Below are positions 63,601-64,000 of a stretch of 64,000 bases of DNA, piece after piece. Position 1 is the first letter of the stretch. Every line of letters begins with the position of its first letter. The notes under the pieces are model-generated. The model had not been told where the DNA came from. It searched no databases and saw nothing but the letters and a program-made list of their open reading frames with translations. This stretch comes from Octopus sinensis (Eukaryota): positions 88,970,001 to 89,034,000 of the forward strand of contig NC_043004.1 in assembly GCF_006345805.1 (NCBI RefSeq), written 5' to 3'. The position numbers and the translations under genes were made by a program.

Positions 63601-63786
63601 ATTCTATCACTTCTATATTTGTTCGTGAATATTGTTTAGATGTCTACATGTGAAGTCTACATGCATGTGTGTGTTTGTTTATAAGACATATACAAATATA
63701 AAAAACCCGTGATCATAACTTTTTAAAATTAGAATAATATAAATAAATGACTATAACTAACTTGCTTTCCGGAACTTGCTTTCAGC
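9070..63786 (-). CDS. FCHO2: FCHo1/2-like muniscin (F-BAR C-terminal part + AP2-activating linker + mu-homology domain); 5'-partial, 22 coding exons, 818 aa in window
   Basis: Hand-spliced exons all have GT-AG boundaries with matching phases and total 2457 nt (multiple of 3, ending TAA). The peptides match what I recall of FCHo2/SGIP1: [12 protein letters not shown]|[98 protein letters not shown]1 versus FCHO2 cannot be resolved; it is probably a single invertebrate ortholog. Confidence 0.93.
10898..11050. repeat. Degenerate ~12-nt minisatellite (agcctcatgtat)
   Basis: About ten imperfect units. Confidence 0.6.
14783..15012 (-). CDS. FCHO2: FCHo mu-HD exon ([13 protein letters not shown]...[12 protein letters not shown]|G)
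   Basis: Acceptor ttccaccag|G, donor G|gttcgt (weak). Confidence 0.93.
15506..15708 (-). CDS. FCHO2: FCHo mu-HD exon ([20 protein letters not shown]...SIPSGN|W)
   Basis: Acceptor tttccag|GTA, donor TG|gtacag. Confidence 0.93.
17050..17182 (-). CDS. FCHO2: FCHo mu-HD exon (DTQQSTT...[10 protein letters not shown])
   Basis: Acceptor tttttcag|G, donor CAG|gtagat. Confidence 0.92.
17405..17633 (+). mobile_element. tRNA-derived SINE family B, tail type 2, 17-bp TSD
   Basis: Head ggtggcgagctggcagaaacgttagc, B-box gagttcaaattcc; TSD acaagcaaaggctaatt at 17388-17404 and 17634-17650. Confidence 0.9.
18430..18770 (+). mobile_element. RTE 3'-tail fragment (shares the 3' UTR of 62500-62820)
   Basis: gtggcacataaaaagcacc, ggaagggcatccagc, aacccatgccagcatggaaaacg..taaacgatgatgat. 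Similar tails on the minus strand at ~2525, 15150-15270, 17945-18150, 26575-26815, 34965-35235, 39360-39400 and 47710-47880, and on the plus strand at 54980-55085. Confidence 0.8.
19023..19234 (+). mobile_element. SINE family B, tail type 1, 16-bp TSD
   Basis: TSD aatatcaagacaagga at 19007-19022 and 19235-19250. Confidence 0.9.
19332..19487 (-). CDS. FCHO2: FCHo mu-HD exon ([34 protein letters not shown]...SQLIS|Q)
   Basis: Acceptor actttcag|G, donor CA|gtaagt; too short to appear in the ORF track. Confidence 0.92.
19787..20197. repeat. (TA)n/(TG)n microsatellite blocks; others at 6415-6480, 42475-42525, 38930-38955, 60643-60670, 63955-63990
   Basis: Direct inspection. Confidence 0.9.
21040..21740 (+). 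mobile_element. LINE fragment (RT C-terminal region), a different RTE-like family
   Basis: ORF 21079-21579: [37 protein letters not shown], then [12 protein letters not shown]. Confidence 0.85.
21801..22003 (-). CDS. FCHO2: FCHo exon, start of mu-homology domain ([10 protein letters not shown]...[37 protein letters not shown]|K)
   Basis: Acceptor ctgtcag|ATT, donor AA|gtaagt; strong family motif. Confidence 0.93.
22720..24360 (+). mobile_element. Old, degenerate RTE LINE of the same or a related family
   Basis: Collinear nucleotide similarity to 60671-62206 (gtcactcatataattagtcagg.., gcatttgttgacctggagaaagc, tgtagaagagggagaccaag); many stops. Confidence 0.8.
24523..24684 (-). CDS. FCHO2: FCHo linker exon ([17 protein letters not shown]...SPSWFAFNQ)
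   Basis: Acceptor cccatccag|CCT, donor CAG|gtaagt; phase 0-0, 162 nt. Confidence 0.78.
24763..24956 (-). CDS. FCHO2: FCHo Pro-rich linker exon ([14 protein letters not shown]...[14 protein letters not shown])
   Basis: Acceptor tttacag|AT, donor CAG|gtgagt; PPRPPSR motif. Confidence 0.82.
25920..26095 (-). CDS. FCHO2: FCHo linker exon ([17 protein letters not shown]...TTLSSS|N)
   Basis: Acceptor atttgtag|C, donor A|gtaagt; open frame of 176 nt. Confidence 0.85.
26176..26420. mobile_element. Tc1-type MITE (245 bp)
   Basis: TIRs tagtcatggccaaaagtctggaa and (reverse complement) tagttgtggccaaaagtttggaa; TA on both sides. Confidence 0.78.
27672..27739 (-). CDS. FCHO2: FCHo exon ([22 protein letters not shown]|D)
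   Basis: Acceptor ttcttcag|AAG, donor GA|gtgagt; bridges phase 0 to 2. Confidence 0.8.
28837..28973 (-). CDS. FCHO2: FCHo exon ([45 protein letters not shown])
   Basis: Acceptor tttgtag|AA, donor CAT|gtaagt; IxIxP and ..ASIxxLxLSP linker motifs. Confidence 0.9.
29030..29243 (-). mobile_element. SINE family B, tail type 1, 18-bp TSD
   Basis: TSD taaatatcatgaaatatt at 29012-29029 and 29244-29261. Confidence 0.88.
30425..30840 (+). mobile_element. tRNA-derived SINE family A (internal microsatellite, tail gactgaaacaagtaaaagag)
   Basis: A-box TGGCTGTGTGG, B-box GGTTCAGTCCC; near-identical copies elsewhere in the window. Confidence 0.88.
31440..31481 (-). CDS. FCHO2: FCHo 42-nt exon ([13 protein letters not shown]|E), acidic Ser cluster
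   Basis: Acceptor aacggag|AC preceded by TCCTTAAC, donor G|gtaatg; corresponds to the FYSSSDSDSE block. Confidence 0.85.
31500..31507 (-). promoter_or_regulatory. U12-type branch point TCCTTAAC
   Basis: Exact consensus, followed by 18 nt ending in the acceptor AG. Confidence 0.85.
33809..33816 (-). promoter_or_regulatory. U12-type 5' splice site GTATCCTT
   Basis: Exact match to the RTATCCTT minor-intron donor consensus at the only frame-compatible donor. Confidence 0.85.
33817..33874 (-). CDS. FCHO2: FCHo exon ([19 protein letters not shown]|Y), AP2-activating motif
   Basis: Acceptor tttattag|GTA; conserved DVDEEGY; followed by a U12-type donor T|gtatcctt. Confidence 0.88.
34135..34156 (-). 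CDS. FCHO2: FCHo 22-nt microexon (ETTSSNG)
   Basis: Acceptor ttttccctacag|A, donor GGT|gtaagt; required to bridge phase 2 to phase 0. Confidence 0.8.
34516..34935 (+). mobile_element. SINE family A copy
   Basis: Collinear with 30425-30840. Confidence 0.85.
35464..35878 (+). mobile_element. SINE family A copy (young)
   Basis: Nearly identical to 30425-30840. Confidence 0.88.
37303..37375 (-). CDS. FCHO2: FCHo Lys-rich exon ([23 protein letters not shown]|Q)
   Basis: Acceptor ttttggcag|GG, donor CA|gtaagt. Confidence 0.85.
39786..40345. repeat. Near-perfect 285-bp tandem duplication bounded by (TA)n/(CA)n
   Basis: The unique segment at 39786-~40005 recurs at 40071-~40290 with no visible differences. 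Confidence 0.9.
40728..40787 (-). CDS. FCHO2: FCHo exon ([19 protein letters not shown]|G), possibly a cassette exon
   Basis: Long pyrimidine tract then gaaacag|AC, donor G|gtatgt; phase 1-1, 60 nt. Confidence 0.65.
42004..42225. mobile_element. piggyBac-type MITE (222 bp)
   Basis: TTAA at 42000-42003 and 42226-42229; TIR CCCTTTCATTA / TAACGAAAGGG. Confidence 0.8.
44470..44556 (-). CDS. FCHO2: FCHo exon ([29 protein letters not shown])
   Basis: Acceptor ctttgcag|AC, donor T|gtaata; phase 1-1, 87 nt; a GC-richer island in AT-rich surroundings. Confidence 0.7.
47252..47359 (-). CDS. FCHO2: FCHo exon ([35 protein letters not shown])
   Basis: Acceptor tttgtag|GT, donor G|gtaaag; phase 1-1, 108 nt; the position fits the xxEFxE motif after the F-BAR. 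Confidence 0.85.
49337..49569 (-). mobile_element. SINE family B, tail type 2, 15-bp TSD
   Basis: TSD aagacagcaatgata at 49322-49336 and 49570-49584. Confidence 0.88.
50220..50820. repeat. CA-rich low-complexity tract (acattagacacacac-like units)
   Basis: Direct inspection. Confidence 0.7.
50841..50937 (-). CDS. FCHO2: FCHo exon ([32 protein letters not shown]|G), end of F-BAR
   Basis: Acceptor cttgccag|GTA, donor G|gtgagt. Confidence 0.9.
53008..53106 (-). CDS. FCHO2: FCHo exon ([33 protein letters not shown]), F-BAR
   Basis: Acceptor attttcag|CAA, donor CAG|gtgagc; 99 nt. Confidence 0.9.
54010..54730. repeat. Degenerate ~21-nt minisatellite (aaggactggctcagtagaaac) interrupted by a SINE B
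   Basis: Variants of the unit at ~54016, 54300, 54500, 54575, 54620 and 54680. Confidence 0.65.
54044..54275 (+). mobile_element. SINE family B, tail type 2, 13-bp TSD
   Basis: TSD agaaaataaattc at 54031-54043 and 54276-54288. Confidence 0.88.
54809..55349 (+). mobile_element. SINE family A copy with a nested RTE tail
   Basis: Family A head and tail; an RTE 3' end with (GAT)n sits in the central microsatellite at ~54980-55085. Confidence 0.85.
55927..56026. repeat. (AAT/AAC)n then (AAAT)n microsatellite
   Basis: Direct inspection. Confidence 0.9.
56538..56881 (-). mobile_element. SINE family A copy, head truncated
   Basis: Reverse complement of the family A body; ends next to the mariner relic. 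Confidence 0.82.
56901..57428 (-). mobile_element. Internally deleted mariner element
   Basis: TA flanks (56899-56900, 57429-57430); imperfect TIRs tgaggtgatgtcaaatggttcc versus (reverse complement) tgaagtggcatcaaaaagttcc. The minus strand encodes [10 protein letters not shown] and [16 protein letters not shown] (mariner YSPDL motif). Confidence 0.85.
57540..58035. mobile_element. Palindromic (head-to-head) element: tRNA-like head + (AAT)n + hammerhead-ribozyme motif in each arm
   Basis: Left arm ~57583-57796 is the reverse complement of right arm ~57810-58035 around a ~12-nt spacer. Confidence 0.8.
57964..58008 (+). ncRNA. Minimal type I hammerhead ribozyme motif
   Basis: GACAC-CTGATGA-A-GCTG(gagagtatat)CAGC-C-GAAAC-ATC-GTGTT: stem I GACAC/GTGTT, intact core, stem II GCTG/CAGC. 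Stem III carries a mismatch. A decayed antisense copy lies at ~57613-57658. Confidence 0.65.
59104..59183 (-). CDS. FCHO2: FCHo exon ([26 protein letters not shown]), F-BAR
   Basis: Acceptor ctgtcag|AT, donor GAT|gtaagt. Confidence 0.9.
59796..60205 (+). mobile_element. Possible non-autonomous Helitron-like element
   Basis: Starts (AT)n-ACTAGCAG..cccggtc and ends in (AT)n, like Lep1-type Helitrons as I recall them; no coding support. Confidence 0.4.
60256..60641 (+). mobile_element. tRNA-derived SINE family D; related copies at 49783-50070 (+) and ~28490-28790 (-)
   Basis: A-box tggcccagtgg, B-box ggtttcaattccc; shared 3' part ctgtggagtgctcagccac..gatcaactgg..cgtcgtaacgacggagtgcca. Confidence 0.75.
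60671..62820 (+). mobile_element. 5'-truncated RTE-clade LINE (RT with embedded PHD finger, 3' UTR, (GAT)n tail)
   Basis: Motifs [77 protein letters not shown]. Two frameshifts (~60810, ~61240); stop at 62206; flanked by (TA)n. Confidence 0.93.
63762..63786 (-). CDS. FCHO2: FCHo exon, 25 nt (AESKFRKA|N), F-BAR
   Basis: Acceptor ttttag|GCT, donor A|gttagt; phase 0 to 1 joins the next exon. Confidence 0.85.
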
Positions 63787-63959
63787 CTAAAATTTAATAG
63801 AGAAAAAGAAAAGTTGTTATTGAAAATGTAAGGTATAAAATTTTTAAACAGGAAAAGAATACTTCATATTTCATTATCACATAACATTTATTATCAATGG
63901 TTTCACAGATCTGATTAGTATACAGATGCTTCTCTATCGCAGGTGTGTGTGTTTGTATA

Positions 63960-63990
<31 letters not shown>

Positions 63991-64000
63991 CAACAACAAA

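Noticed and set aside
1-64000. CRISPR arrays, rRNA genes or prokaryotic operon-like systems
   Set aside because: The DNA is a eukaryotic intron-rich locus. Repeats are dispersed SINEs or microsatellites, not regularly spaced repeat-spacer units.

Overview
AT-rich, repeat-dense eukaryotic genomic DNA. The repeat content suggests an octopus or another cephalopod; this is inference, with no database search behind it. One spliced gene dominates the window: a minus-strand FCHo1/2 (muniscin) endocytic adaptor. I reconstructed 22 coding exons by hand (63786 to 9070, 2457 nt, frame-consistent, 818 aa plus stop). They cover the end of the F-BAR domain, the AP2-activating linker (DVDEEGY, acidic Ser cluster, [13 protein letters not shown]), a Ser/Pro-rich linker and the complete mu-homology domain. 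The 5' exons lie beyond the right edge. Introns are packed with several tRNA-derived SINE families (some with clean 13-18 bp TSDs), RTE-clade LINE copies, mariner/Tc1/piggyBac relics, a Helitron-like piece and microsatellites. The most notable observations are: (1) a head-to-head palindromic element whose arms combine a Pol III tRNA-like head with a hammerhead-ribozyme motif (57540-58035); (2) a U12-type minor-spliceosome intron within the AP2-activating linker (31482-33816); (3) a 78-nt in-frame, stop-free intron; (4) a PHD finger inside the reverse transcriptase of a young RTE LINE. Nearly all ORFs in the supplied track are microsatellite or SINE artefacts.
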